Virus record (IMG/VR): IMGVR_UViG_3300045988_162556
Source of the DNA: a virus
Strand: one strand, 5' to 3'
Length of the DNA stretch: 58,533 nt
Both the position numbers and the translations under genes were made by a program. Under the pieces are notes generated by a model, which was given only the letters and a program-made list of their open reading frames with translations, did no database searches and had not been told where the DNA came from. Positions 1-10,086 of this stretch are shown here, one piece after another. Each line of letters begins with the position of its first letter. Position 1 is the stretch's first letter.

Positions 1-119
1 GAATCTCGACAAAAGTGCCATTGTCGAGCAGGTCGTTTTCTTCGACGACATCTACCCCAAGAACACGGAGACGATCACAAGCATTGAGACCGTTGATCGG
101 GAGATCATCGAGGGGCAAA
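1..119. repeat. Terminal duplication; identical to 58415..58533, marking a circular or circularly permuted contig
   Basis: Base-by-base reading shows 1-119 equals 58415-58533. An open reading frame runs straight through the junction. Confidence 0.95.
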
Positions 120-3100
120 CAGACAAGGCCTATGTCATGTACTGCAAGGACTCGCCGTTCCTGCCGTCCGACATGATCGAAGGCGAAACGCTGGGGGCCA
201 CGTTCACCAGCGGAAGTCTCATGGGGCGTAATTTTGAATTAAGTATAAATTACAAACCTGAAACATGGAAACCCGAAGACGGCTTTGACAAGAAATTTGA
301 GATCATCGCCCAAGTTGAGACGTCGGGAGAAAGCCAACTCATAATCCCCAATGAAAGTCTTCATCCCGAACCGGGAGATACTTTCGTACTCACGGGTGTA
401 AAACTTCCCCAGCAACGAATCGAAGAGGCCGAAGAGGAGCTTTTGAAGGCCGGAAAAGCATACGCCGCAAAGAACAGCAGCGACACGGATGTATATACCT
501 GCGAGACCAACCCGGTATATTGCACGGTAAACAAAAAAAATTACGATGCCGGTCAGGCTGTGCTTCTTGTCGATCCTCGATTTGGGTTAAACGGACGTCT
601 GTCCCGAATTCAGGGATACGAAAAAAAACTCTACAACGAATATATCGCCACGTACACAATCGGCGATAATACTCCTTACTCCCGCATCGGCAGCATCGAA
701 TCGGATGTCAAGGCTACTTTGTATTCGCAACGTATAGGCGTTACAGACTCCGGAGCGGCAATATATCTCATCACCCGGTACGACTCTACTGCGGCCGAAG
801 ATTACAACGCTTATTCGGCCAAACGCGCCTTGTGGCAGTTTGCAAACAAGCAATTCCCAGACACCTTTAAGGGCAAGATGACTTTTGAGGACGGGGCGCA
901 GTTCGGCGATTTCGCAACAGGAATTACCGGCATCGGCGGACTTATCGACAAGAAAGGGAATGCCGAAATGCAAAGCCTCAAGCTACGGGGATTCCTTGAG
1001 GTTCCTGAACTGAGGTACAATCGGGTCGATATTACAATGGGCGACACATGGTTTGCTCCAAGCGCCGGGATCATCGAGAGCGTCGATACCGAAGCCAAGA
1101 CCATCACGCTCAAACTCGAAGAAGGCGAAATAGGCAGTCCGCGGGTCGGTGATATTTGCATGGGTATCTTCCACAGCTCCGAATCCTCGGATAATGCAAC
1201 GGAAGACTACGATGACAGCAAAGGCAACAGACGCTTTGCCGGCTTCGCAACGTGCTATTTCCGCATTACCGAAGAGTTGGACACCACGACCTACAAGACG
1301 TTCAAATACCAACTTCGGCCCGTCTCTGCGGCTTACCCGAAGCAATACCACCCTGCTCCCTCGATGACATTTGTCGGGTATGGCTCCTTCTCGAATGAAG
1401 CCCGGCAGACATCGCGCTACGAAACAAGGACATACCAGCGTTATCTGAAGGGGGTATCCGACTGGGAATTCATATCGTCCAACATCGCAGCTCAGTACGG
1501 CGACCTGTCCAATCTGTCCGTATTCGGGATAGATATGAAAGGCTATTCGGCCTACCTCAATAACATCTACATGTCGGGCGTCATCCATCAATTTACGCCC
1601 GGCGGGGAGGAAATACCGACAATCAACGACCGAGGAAAGTGGCTCGCGTCGGAGACATACAATAAAAACGACGAGGTATATCACAATAACGCCAAGTGGC
1701 GCTGTCTTGTCGATGGGACAAAATCAGAGCCATCTACATCATCGGAAGCGTGGGTCCTTCTTATGCAGGTCCCACTGTCTTCTGTAGTTCCTGTTTACAA
1801 GCAGCAAAATGAAAAACCGGCACTTCCGACCGGCAGCACTGTTCCTCCTGACGGGTGGAGTCTCGAATATCCCGAAGGCGGCGATTCAGGTGCATCTACC
1901 GACGTAACCAACATTATAATTGATGCGGATAATGAAGGGGATGTTACCCAAGATGGTGTGTTCTATAAACTTGCTGGAAAAGGTAATAATTCGACGGTGT
2001 CGTGCAAAATACAATTCGATGCTCTCAGCGCTGGTGCGACATTGGTATTGGACATAACCGCTTATTCAGAGGAAGGGTATGACAAATTAGCGGTCGGGAA
2101 AATAAATGTTCAGAATGTCAATACGGCAGACTCCGACACCTACGAAGCTGAAGTATCAGGGAACGGCGTATCTACTACCGTCGTCGTCACAGCACCAAGC
2201 GCAGGACGTCATTTCGTTAATGTAGTATATTCGAAAGACTCGTCCGGTGATGCCAATGGCGACTATGGCTTATTTCGTATTGCGTATAATACGTCCAAGA
2301 CTATTCCGTTGTGGGTGTCTTTCGGATCGGTGATTGATGGCGTTGTTCAATCATGGTCTGATCCGGCGCGAATAAGCGGTGCCGACGGCCGACCCGGAAC
2401 CGACGGAAGGCCGGGCGTGGACGGAACAGACTATGAATGGATATTTACCCGCACGACTTCGGAAACAGCACCCGCTACGCCGGCATCTCAAGATGAAGAC
2501 GACTATTTGCCAGATGGCTGGACTGACGATGCCGAAGGGCCGGACAATACTCATCCTTTCGAATGGACTTGCAAGCGCTCGAAAGTCAACGGGCACTGGG
2601 GTGATTTCTCAACGCCCTCACTATGGGCAAAATACTCCTTCAACGGAGAAGACGGCATAGATGGTGAAGGCGTAGAGTACATTTTCACCCGTACCAAAAC
2701 CGACGATCCCAGCGATATCCCGGATGTTCCCCGCGTCGCAGAATACGACAACCCGCCTGCGCCGTGGACGGATGATCCTATGGGCGTAGACGACATTTAC
2801 CAATATGAATGGGTGTCCAAGCGCATCAAGGTAAATGGAGAGTGGAGCGCTTTCTCTACACCTGCATTGTGGGCCAAATACTCTTTCGACGGAACCGACG
2901 GAAGGCCGGGTGATTGGACATCATATGTATTCAAGAAGAGCATTGATAAACCCGGCACCCCTATTTCTACAAAGCCAATTCCTGATGGCTGGGAAGACGC
3001 TCCTTCCGGAGACGGCATTTGGTGGATGTCGAAAGCTACAATAAACGGGAGCACGGGACAGGCAAGCGCCCTGACATGGTCCGATCCGATTAAAGTTACA

Positions 3101-4546
3101 GGCGAAGATGGCCAGCCCGGACCATATACCGACTTCAAATACGCATCGAGCAGTGACGATAGCATAGGCCCAGATATTGAATCAAACGTAAGAGAGCCGG
3201 ACGGCTGGTATGACAATCCTCCGGCGCTTTCGTCCGGGGAATATCTATGGATGACCAAAGCGCAAGTAGATGCAAATGACGAGCTTGTGGAACCGTGGTC
3301 CGACCCGGTACGCATAAGCGGAGAACAAGGCAAGCCGGGGGACAAAGGAGACCCCGGATATCAGGGTTGCATTATCCGCCTAACGGAATGGGTTTCGGGT
3401 GTAGAATATCGCAACGACGCTGATTTAGAATCAGACAGCCTGCGCTACATAGACATAGTGACTGTATATGAGAATAATCGACAACTGAAATTCCAATGCC
3501 GTCAGACTCATACTTCATCGAACTCCAATAAACCATCCGGGGGAACCACATCGACATATTGGCAACAGCTCAACGACATGGTGCCCATATATACGCCTCT
3601 ACTGTTTGCCGAGAACGCCGTTATCAACTTCCTGCAAGGTATGGAGTTCGTAGTCCACAACTCCAAAACGGATATTTCCGAAAATACCATCATCGCAGGA
3701 CTCGTAGGCGGCGATATCCCTCTGTTTGTCGGTAGCAACACACCGGACAACGCGCCTTTCCGAGTCGCTAAGGACGGTTCGTTTACAGCAACGAAGGCGA
3801 ATATAACGGGTACAATAGAAGCTAAAGAAGGAAAAATAGGCGGATTTACTTTAAGAAGTCCCTCCAATCCTCTTATAGATGCGACATTAGAATGTCATAC
3901 CTTTGATGAGTCTCAACGCAATATTATCAATGGACAGTCGGGAGATTTCACCCAAAGACATACGTATGTATTACAATCCGGATTTATAACATCAAGAGGC
4001 TCTATTAATGGATCTATTGATGATAGAGTAGTTATGTCTCCAACAACGGAATACGGGGGCTGGCCACTTAGTAAAAACGGATCATACAATATTTCTGCAT
4101 CAATATATGCCCAATCAACATCTTTATCAAGACCTTCATGGAGTAGCAATATAGCTTTAATGCTTGGAGCTGGTCCTATGCCATCAAGCGTTCCCCAATT
4201 GAATGATGGGAATTATGCCCTTTGTATGCCGATGGGAATAACTGCAGGCCTTAGACTGTATAATCGCAAAATATCTTCAGATGTAACCCTTGACTATATG
4301 GATTGTTTTGTGACAGTGGATAGCGATGGCGGGAAGCGCACTATCACACTCCCTTACAATCCACAAGACGGTCAACTTTATTATATCCGAAACATAGGAA
4401 CCAAAGGCGTACAACTGAACGGAAACGGGAAGCGGATTGCGATACATACTCAAGGAGCATGGGTTAACTCAGACTCATGGACTGACCGAGAATCCCGTAA
4501 TCTGATCTACTGCGCGAGTGTAGGATGCTGGGTGATGTTCAAATAG
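2..4546 (+). CDS. Main part of the giant tail fibre protein (1,772 codons once joined to 57642..58414)
   Basis: Track ORF 137..4546 is open upstream to base 2 in the same frame as 57642..58533. It contains collagen-like G-x-y runs (GADGRPGTDGRPGVDG, GEQGKPGDKGDPG) and five repeated WSDP/FSTP...G-x-y modules. It sits at the end of the tail module. Confidence 0.8.
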   Translation, partial: NLDKSAIVEQVVFFDDIYPKNTETITSIETVDREIIEGQTDKAYVMYCKDSPFLPSDMIEGETLGATFTSGSLMGRNFELSINYKPETWKPEDGFDKKFEIIAQVETSGESQLIIPNESLHPEPGDTFVLTGVKLPQQRIEEAEEELLKAGKAYAAKNSSDTDVYTCETNPVYCTVNKKNYDAGQAVLLVDPRFGLNGRLSRIQGYEKKLYNEYIATYTIGDNTPYSRIGSIESDVKATLYSQRIGVTDSGAAIYLITRYDSTAAEDYNAYSAKRALWQFANKQFPDTFKGKMTFEDGAQFGDFATGITGIGGLIDKKGNAEMQSLKLRGFLEVPELRYNRVDITMGDTWFAPSAGIIESVDTEAKTITLKLEEGEIGSPRVGDICMGIFHSSESSDNATEDYDDSKGNRRFAGFATCYFRITEELDTTTYKTFKYQLRPVSAAYPKQYHPAPSMTFVGYGSFSNEARQTSRYETRTYQRYLKGVSDWEFISSNIAAQYGDLSNLSVFGIDMKGYSAYLNNIYMSGVIHQFTPGGEEIPTINDRGKWLASETYNKNDEVYHNNAKWRCLVDGTKSEPSTSSEAWVLLMQVPLSSVVPVYKQQNEKPALPTGSTVPPDGWSLEYPEGGDSGASTDVTNIIIDADNEGDVTQDGVFYKLAGKGNNSTVSCKIQFDALSAGATLVLDITAYSEEGYDKLAVGKINVQNVNTADSDTYEAEVSGNGVSTTVVVTAPSAGRHFVNVVYSKDSSGDANGDYGLFRIAYNTSKTIPLWVSFGSVIDGVVQSWSDPARISGADGRPGTDGRPGVDGTDYEWIFTRTTSETAPATPASQDEDDYLPDGWTDDAEGPDNTHPFEWTCKRSKVNGHWGDFSTPSLWAKYSFNGEDGIDGEGVEYIFTRTKTDDPSDIPDVPRVAEYDNPPAPWTDDPMGVDDIYQYEWVSKRIKVNGEWSAFSTPALWAKYSFDGTDGRPGDWTSYVFKKSIDKPGTPISTKPIPDGWEDAPSGDGIWWMSKATINGSTGQASALTWSDPIKVTGEDGQPGPYTDFKYASSSDDSIGPDIESNVREPDGWYDNPPALSSGEYLWMTKAQVDANDELVEPWSDPVRISGEQGKPGDKGDPGYQGCIIRLTEWVSGVEYRNDADLESDSLRYIDIVTVYENNRQLKFQCRQTHTSSNSNKPSGGTTSTYWQQLNDMVPIYTPLLFAENAVINFLQGMEFVVHNSKTDISENTIIAGLVGGDIPLFVGSNTPDNAPFRVAKDGSFTATKANITGTIEAKEGKIGGFTLRSPSNPLIDATLECHTFDESQRNIINGQSGDFTQRHTYVLQSGFITSRGSINGSIDDRVVMSPTTEYGGWPLSKNGSYNISASIYAQSTSLSRPSWSSNIALMLGAGPMPSSVPQLNDGNYALCMPMGITAGLRLYNRKISSDVTLDYMDCFVTVDSDGGKRTITLPYNPQDGQLYYIRNIGTKGVQLNGNGKRIAIHTQGAWVNSDSWTDRESRNLIYCASVGCWVMFK

Positions 4547-4591
4547 AGGGATAGAAGTAGACGGCATAATGCAATTTTAACGACCAAAATT

Positions 4592-4894
4592 ATGAGGAAG
4601 ATTAACTTAAAACGGCTTGAGATTTTTGCAGATATGCAAAAGAAAATATGCACTGTTCACGATGTGCGCGAGCAGCTTGCAAATCTCATATATGCAAATG
4701 CCTATGGTTTTGTCGGCCATGTACTCGCTCATAAAGTATATGAATCGGAAGGTGAAATAGAACTTACCGAGGCAGAAGCTCACGAATTGGGGCGTCTTGT
4801 CGCAACATTAGGATCTGCACCTCTTATTGATGCTGTATTGAGCAAACTTAACCTGAAGATCGAGGACGTAATATCTCCCGCGGACTACAAATAA
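4592..4894 (+). CDS. Hypothetical small protein directly after the fibre gene (possible fibre assembly factor)
   Basis: 100-aa ORF in the position of a fibre chaperone. No motif recognised. Confidence 0.45.
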   Translation: MRKINLKRLEIFADMQKKICTVHDVREQLANLIYANAYGFVGHVLAHKVYESEGEIELTEAEAHELGRLVATLGSAPLIDAVLSKLNLKIEDVISPADYK

Positions 4895-4906
4895 AAAAAA
4901 CAGCAA

Positions 4907-6550
4907 GTGAAGCGTATTCGTATAGGTAAAGACATCAAAATCCATTGGCCGATATTGACCAATGGCGAGCAAGTCACACTTGAAGGCCGCGATCTGCATT
5001 TGGTCCTTCATCTTCCCTCCTGCATGGAAACCCCTTTGCATTTCGAGCCTCAGGGGAACATTGCCGTATTCACTATTTCAGGCAATATGCAAAAGCAGCT
5101 GGGCGCATACCGGCTTACCATGTGGGAAAATAAAGATAAGAGCGGACAAACAGCCGTCGATTATTGCGATGCGTTTGAGTTGGTGCCTACTACATGTATG
5201 GAGGGCGGCAACGACAACAATCTGACCACGGAAACTGTCAATCTGGATTCTTCGGACTTGATCGTAGGCCTCCCCGGACCAAGTGCCTATGATCTTTACA
5301 AGAAGCACAATCCCGATGCAGAAATATCCGAGGAAGAGTATGCAAATGCTCCCATAGATGCCGCCGATGCCGCCAATGAAGCCGCAAAAGCTGCCAATGA
5401 AGCCGTAGATAAGATCGGGGATATTAATGAAGCCCTTGCCGGCAAGGTAGACAAAGAAGAAGGGAAAGGTCTGTCCTCAAACGACTATACGGACGACGAT
5501 AAGGAGAAGCTGGACGGACTTTCGAATTACGACGACACGGAAATACGAGTGCAATTATCTGAAAAGGCGTCGAAAGAGGAAGTAGCCGACGCAGCTGAAA
5601 AAACACTTTCCGATGCCAACTACCACACCGATGAACGCATAGAAGAGACAAAATCAGAGATTGCAACAGGACTTCTTGAGTTCGGGCAAGAAGTGGGAAA
5701 GGCAATATCCGACGGCGACGCGACTACTCTTCAATCAGCACAAAAATACACGGATGATGCCATTGACGCCATCCCCACACCAGATGTCAGCGGGCAGATA
5801 GAGCAGCATAACACCTCGCCTACCGCCCATCCCGATATCAGGGAGATTCTGAACACCTGCGTCGGTCTTCCGGAGTTCAACAGCGAAACCTACGAGCTTA
5901 CCTTCACAACGATTGCGGGCGCTAAATTGATCGTTGACCTTCCCATTGAGCAGATGGGACTTGAGTATAACGAAGAAACAAGAGCCATTGAGTTCATAAA
6001 TGCCGATGGATCTATTTCGTCGATCCCCGTTTCGGACTTCGTGAAAGTATACGTCGGGTCCATTGGTCCGGAAATACAGATTGCTGTAGAGGGTTCCGAG
6101 ATTCGGGCTACGCTCCTCAATAATACCGTATCGTGGGATAAACTTACGCTGACCTTGCAGGAAGTAATTGAAGGGAAAGCCGACCGCACGGAGATTCCTA
6201 CGAAAGTATCCGAACTGGAGAATGACTCCGAGTTCGTTACTGCCAAAGAAATTGATCCAGAGTTGAGAAAAACCTCATTTGAGGTAGTAGCCCATTCGGA
6301 CTGCACGCTGGAGGAGCGCGTCGCGCAGCTCGAATCGCTGCTTGTAAGGATGCTTTCGGGCGATGTCCTAATCCCGGAACTGCAGGTCAAGAAATTGGGC
6401 ATCTGGGGCGACAACAACCTCGTCGTCACGGGCGAGGGTGCGCCGACGAAAGCCCCCGACCGCGCAGGGCAGTTCTATGTCGATACGAAGAACAACGCGG
6501 TCTACCACTCCGTGGGTAACGGCGCGGTGTCGGACTGGAAGAACGCTTAA
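4907..6550 (+). CDS. Tail fibre / spike-like structural protein
   Basis: 547-aa ORF with a GTG start. It has an Ala/Glu/Lys coiled region (AADAANEAAKAANEAVDKI) and KGLSSNDYTDDDKEKL, a motif typical of phage fibre repeats. Confidence 0.6.
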   Translation: MKRIRIGKDIKIHWPILTNGEQVTLEGRDLHLVLHLPSCMETPLHFEPQGNIAVFTISGNMQKQLGAYRLTMWENKDKSGQTAVDYCDAFELVPTTCMEGGNDNNLTTETVNLDSSDLIVGLPGPSAYDLYKKHNPDAEISEEEYANAPIDAADAANEAAKAANEAVDKIGDINEALAGKVDKEEGKGLSSNDYTDDDKEKLDGLSNYDDTEIRVQLSEKASKEEVADAAEKTLSDANYHTDERIEETKSEIATGLLEFGQEVGKAISDGDATTLQSAQKYTDDAIDAIPTPDVSGQIEQHNTSPTAHPDIREILNTCVGLPEFNSETYELTFTTIAGAKLIVDLPIEQMGLEYNEETRAIEFINADGSISSIPVSDFVKVYVGSIGPEIQIAVEGSEIRATLLNNTVSWDKLTLTLQEVIEGKADRTEIPTKVSELENDSEFVTAKEIDPELRKTSFEVVAHSDCTLEERVAQLESLLVRMLSGDVLIPELQVKKLGIWGDNNLVVTGEGAPTKAPDRAGQFYVDTKNNAVYHSVGNGAVSDWKNA

Positions 6551-6562
6551 ACTACATACAAC

Positions 6563-7912
6563 ATGTCACAAGTCAACAAATACGCCAACAAGGCGGGTTA
6601 CACGGCCGACAAGAATCGCAAGGACACACAGTCGGCGGTATCCTACATCGAGGACGACGGGGCGCTCATCTACGACGGCGTGAACGTCGTAGTGGACAAG
6701 CCGGCCGCCGGGGTTGGTGACCTTGCGGTCTTCGACAAGACCACGGGAACTATCCGCTTCGTCAAGGGTGCGACGCTTGTTGCAGAGCAGCTGCCGCCGC
6801 AGCTTGTCCCGGTGGCCGTGGTCTATGCCCGGCAGGGCGAGCGGGTGCTGATCGTATCGCTCGAAAATGCAACGGTCGGCAGCCAGCGATGGGCATACTC
6901 TTATGAGGTTGCATTGTCGGGTTTCGATCTCGCTGCGGGCGGCACAATCGTGTTGAAGCTCGGTTCCGACCCTGCCGCCGCAGAGGTGTCGATAGCGTAT
7001 ACCGCAGGCGCAACGCTCGCGGATGTTGCATCGGCTATCAACGCGAAACTCAAAGGTGGGACACCCAATTACTCCTCGGCGGATTATGGGGGATGGGCGG
7101 CGACTGCGGCGGACAATTTCGTCGTGATGGGTTCGAACACGTATAACGCCTCCCGTGCGGCGATTGCCGTTGTTGGCGGTTGTCAGATCGCAAGGACACC
7201 GGAAGACATTAACTACCAAACAACGTTGACGGGGGTGTTGATCGAGGGGTCAACCGAATATGTCCGCCGCAACAACGGCGTTGATTCGTCGTTTGCGGGC
7301 TGTAATCCCGAAAAATTCCTGCAATACTATTCGGCCAACGGAACCAATACCACAGGAATCAAACCCGGAAGTAGCACCATAATTCGGGAAAGCGCTTTTA
7401 CGGAAGAGGCCAACCCGGAACTGGTCGCCGCCTATCCGACCTACCGGGATTATCTGTTCGGAGAACATTTGCTGCAATATCCCGCAGCCTACGGCGCGCT
7501 GCTTCGTGATGGCAAGGCCAACACGCACCTGATCGGCGGTCTGCGGTTCGTCGACATCCACGGCGAAAGCGTTCCCCGTTATCCGGCCGCTGCGGCCGCT
7601 CTCGACTACGGCGTCACGGTCGAGGGCGCAACTACCGGACTGGAAGCGGGCGCATGGTGGCTGCCGTCCGTCGATGAAGTCTACCTGCTCATGCACGACC
7701 GCGTGCTAACGTCCGCCGACCGGGAAAGCGACCCTGTAAACCGCACGCTGTCGCGCCTCGGTAAGACGACCTACTACGGATCGGGTTATTATCCGTGGAC
7801 ATCGTGCGAGTACAATTCCGGCAACGCGTTCATCTACAACGGCTACGCGGGCTACGTGGGCAACAGCAACAAGTATAACGCGCTCGCCGTGCGTACGGTC
7901 AGTGCTTTATAA
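6563..7912 (+). CDS. Structural / receptor-binding candidate with a DUF1566-like C-terminal motif
   Basis: 449-aa ORF. GAWWLPSVDEVYLLM resembles the WxLPxxxEL core of Lcl/DUF1566 domains. It lies within the fibre cluster. Confidence 0.45.
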   Translation: MSQVNKYANKAGYTADKNRKDTQSAVSYIEDDGALIYDGVNVVVDKPAAGVGDLAVFDKTTGTIRFVKGATLVAEQLPPQLVPVAVVYARQGERVLIVSLENATVGSQRWAYSYEVALSGFDLAAGGTIVLKLGSDPAAAEVSIAYTAGATLADVASAINAKLKGGTPNYSSADYGGWAATAADNFVVMGSNTYNASRAAIAVVGGCQIARTPEDINYQTTLTGVLIEGSTEYVRRNNGVDSSFAGCNPEKFLQYYSANGTNTTGIKPGSSTIIRESAFTEEANPELVAAYPTYRDYLFGEHLLQYPAAYGALLRDGKANTHLIGGLRFVDIHGESVPRYPAAAAALDYGVTVEGATTGLEAGAWWLPSVDEVYLLMHDRVLTSADRESDPVNRTLSRLGKTTYYGSGYYPWTSCEYNSGNAFIYNGYAGYVGNSNKYNALAVRTVSAL

Positions 7913-7923
7913 CCACCTGAACC

Positions 7924-8184
7924 ATGGAAACACAACAGCAAATCAACATCCTCGAATCGCGGCAGCTCGAATTACGGGCGATTATGGCCCAGTCCGACGA
8001 CCGGGCAGTCAAATGCTTTAAGAACGGCATATCGTTCAAGGAGACCTACCCGGAAGACTGCGCCCGGTATGAGACGGCCAGCGCAGAGTACAACAAGAAC
8101 GAACAGACGCTTGCCCGGCTCAAAGCCAAGCGGGCCGAAGAGCGGGCCGCGGAAGAAGAACAGAGACTTAAAAACAGAGAATAA
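7924..8184 (+). CDS. Hypothetical charged coiled-coil protein
   Basis: 86-aa ORF immediately upstream of the lysis cassette. Confidence 0.45.
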   Translation: METQQQINILESRQLELRAIMAQSDDRAVKCFKNGISFKETYPEDCARYETASAEYNKNEQTLARLKAKRAEERAAEEEQRLKNRE

Positions 8185-8196
8185 GGCAATTTTATC

Positions 8197-8646
8197 ATGG
8201 ACAAATTTCGGGAACTCTTTGGCTGTATCTTCGCCTCGATATTCGGCACAATCGCCCCGATACACGACATACTCATCGCCTGCATGCTGGTATTTGCCAT
8301 TAATTTCGTGGCCGGAGTATCGGCGGGCGTATTTAAGCAACATGAAGGATTCGCCTTCAAAAAGGCTTTCAACTGCATTTTAGAAGGTATGGTTATATCC
8401 GGTCTCATCGCCTTTGTACTGATTATCGGAGATATGATCGATAACCACGAAGGAGCGATGTCAGCAATATCTATCATCGTATATGCTCTTATTTACTTTT
8501 ACGGAGTCAATACACTGAAGAACCTGACGCGGATTTTCCCAAAGAGCAAGTTGTTCGACTTCCTGTATTATGTCCTGTCCTTCGAGGTTATTAAAAACCT
8601 CCCATATCTGGAGAATTATCGAAACCATAAAAATACAAAGCAATGA
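8197..8646 (+). CDS. Putative holin
   Basis: 149 aa with several hydrophobic helices (IFGTIAPIHDILIACMLVFAINFVAGV, MVISGLIAFVLIIG, ISIIVYALIYFYGV). Its stop overlaps the next gene start (ATGA). Confidence 0.6.
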   Translation: MDKFRELFGCIFASIFGTIAPIHDILIACMLVFAINFVAGVSAGVFKQHEGFAFKKAFNCILEGMVISGLIAFVLIIGDMIDNHEGAMSAISIIVYALIYFYGVNTLKNLTRIFPKSKLFDFLYYVLSFEVIKNLPYLENYRNHKNTKQ

Positions 8647-9050
8647 GCAGAGGATTACGCAATAACAATCCCGGTAATATCAGACTGTCCAAAATCAAAT
8701 ATTTGGGGGAAATTCCATCCACGGATAGCGCCTTCAAACAATTCAAGACAATGGCATGGGGGTACCGCGCCATGTTCGTATTACTCCACACCTACCAGCT
8801 GAAGCACGGATGCAATACGCTGCGTGATATGATAAGTCGCTACGCACCGCCCATTGAGAATCATACGGATAACTACATTAAAGCCGTAGCAGACTCTTCA
8901 GGAGTCTGGCCCGACGTAAAGATTACAACAACCAATAAGGATATCATGGTCCCGGTGGTAGCCGCAATGTCGCGCGTGGAAAACGGAGTCGCTGCTGTTA
9001 TAGACGATGTCAATAAAGGTTGGGAACTATTTCAACAACACAAGCCATGA
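8643..9050 (+). CDS. Putative endolysin / murein hydrolase
   Basis: 135 aa with an N-terminal RNNNPGNIR motif, located between the holin and the spanin. Assignment is mainly positional. Confidence 0.5.
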   Translation: MSRGLRNNNPGNIRLSKIKYLGEIPSTDSAFKQFKTMAWGYRAMFVLLHTYQLKHGCNTLRDMISRYAPPIENHTDNYIKAVADSSGVWPDVKITTTNKDIMVPVVAAMSRVENGVAAVIDDVNKGWELFQQHKP

Positions 9051-9520
9051 AGTGTGTTATCGTAACATTCGCTTGTATACTGGCAGGATGCTGTCCATGC
9101 AAGCATTTAGCAACAAGCACAAAGGATAGCATCAGCATCGAAACACGCATCCATAAAATATACATCAAGGATACGCTTCGATTTCAGATACCTCCATACA
9201 GCAAGCGCCAAGTAGTCAGAGATACTTCAAGTCATCTGGAGACGCCCTTAGCTGTTTCGGATGCATGGATAAACAACGACGGTTCGCTGGGCCACTCGCT
9301 GGAGAACAAGCCGCAGGATATTCCGGTGCCGTTTGAAAAAGAAGTGATTTATCGGGACAGCATTGTCTATAAAGACAGGACCGATACAAAAATTGTCGAA
9401 GTGGAACGCCGACTGACATGGTGGCAGCAGACAAAGATGCGCGGCTTTTGGGTCCTCCTTGGCGTCGTTGTATTCGTATTCCGTAAAAATATATTGACGA
9501 TGGCGCGCCGGTTCATATGA
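9047..9520 (+). CDS. Putative unimolecular spanin
   Basis: The internal ATG at 9047 overlaps the endolysin stop (ATGA). N-terminal lipobox ILAGC and C-terminal TM helix FWVLLGVVVFVF are present in a single protein. Confidence 0.55.
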   Translation: MKCVIVTFACILAGCCPCKHLATSTKDSISIETRIHKIYIKDTLRFQIPPYSKRQVVRDTSSHLETPLAVSDAWINNDGSLGHSLENKPQDIPVPFEKEVIYRDSIVYKDRTDTKIVEVERRLTWWQQTKMRGFWVLLGVVVFVFRKNILTMARRFI

Positions 9521-9591
9521 TGTAGAGCCTTGAGGGACGGGCATAAAAAAGTCCCCGACATTATAGCATACACCCCTGTATACATAAGTGT

Positions 9592-9641
9592 TTCCACCCC
9601 AATGCCGAGGACTATTCCTTCGTTTGGGGTGGAACTTTTTA
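9592..9641 (+). terminator. Rho-independent terminator after the lysis cassette
   Basis: Stem TTCCACCCCAA / TTGGGGTGGAA followed by CTTTTT. It is nested in an outer inverted repeat CCCCTGTATA / TATACAGGGG. Confidence 0.7.
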
Positions 9642-9683
9642 TACAGGGGTATAACAAATATACAATAATTATCGGGGAAACGT

Positions 9684-9995
9684 ATGCGTAAATCAGAGCT
9701 TTTTGCAGAAATACTCGAATGCGTTGCATTTGAGACCGAAATAACCAAAGAACAAATCCTTTCGAAGGATAAATATCAAGATGTGGTTGATGCCCGCTAT
9801 ATGTTGGTGCACTTCTGCCATGAGAAAGGGATGTATATTACAGACATAGCGCGCATGATGCGCTTCTCTCGTCGAGCCGTCGAAAAAATGATCTCGAAAT
9901 TCGACGAGCGGAAGCGGTACAGTCATCCCATATTCGAAATTCAGTGCGAACTAATTGCGAAAAGACTGCCTACGATCTCCGTCCCATCTAATTGA
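9684..9995 (+). CDS. Small HTH protein (DnaA domain IV-like)
   Basis: 103 aa. DVVDARYMLVHFCHEKGMYITDIARMMRFSRRAVEKMI resembles the DnaA C-terminal DNA-binding fold. Confidence 0.4.
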   Translation: MRKSELFAEILECVAFETEITKEQILSKDKYQDVVDARYMLVHFCHEKGMYITDIARMMRFSRRAVEKMISKFDERKRYSHPIFEIQCELIAKRLPTISVPSN

Positions 9996-10086
9996 TATGC
10001 CTGCCGCCTTCGGCCACCTTTGCATTGTTGCAACAGGTGAACGCCCGGCCTTAACGGGGGCGGCAATCATTCAATAATCTTTTAAA

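Noticed and set aside
1-119. The 119-bp terminal repeat as a biological direct terminal repeat (DTR).
   Set aside because: It cuts through the middle of a continuous ORF and has the look of a fixed-length assembler overlap on a circular path. Read evidence is needed before calling it a DTR.
2-4546. Diversity-generating retroelement targeting the fibre C-terminus.
   Set aside because: No reverse-transcriptase-like ORF (no YxDD-type motif protein) exists anywhere in the 58 kb, and I noticed no template/variable repeat pair.
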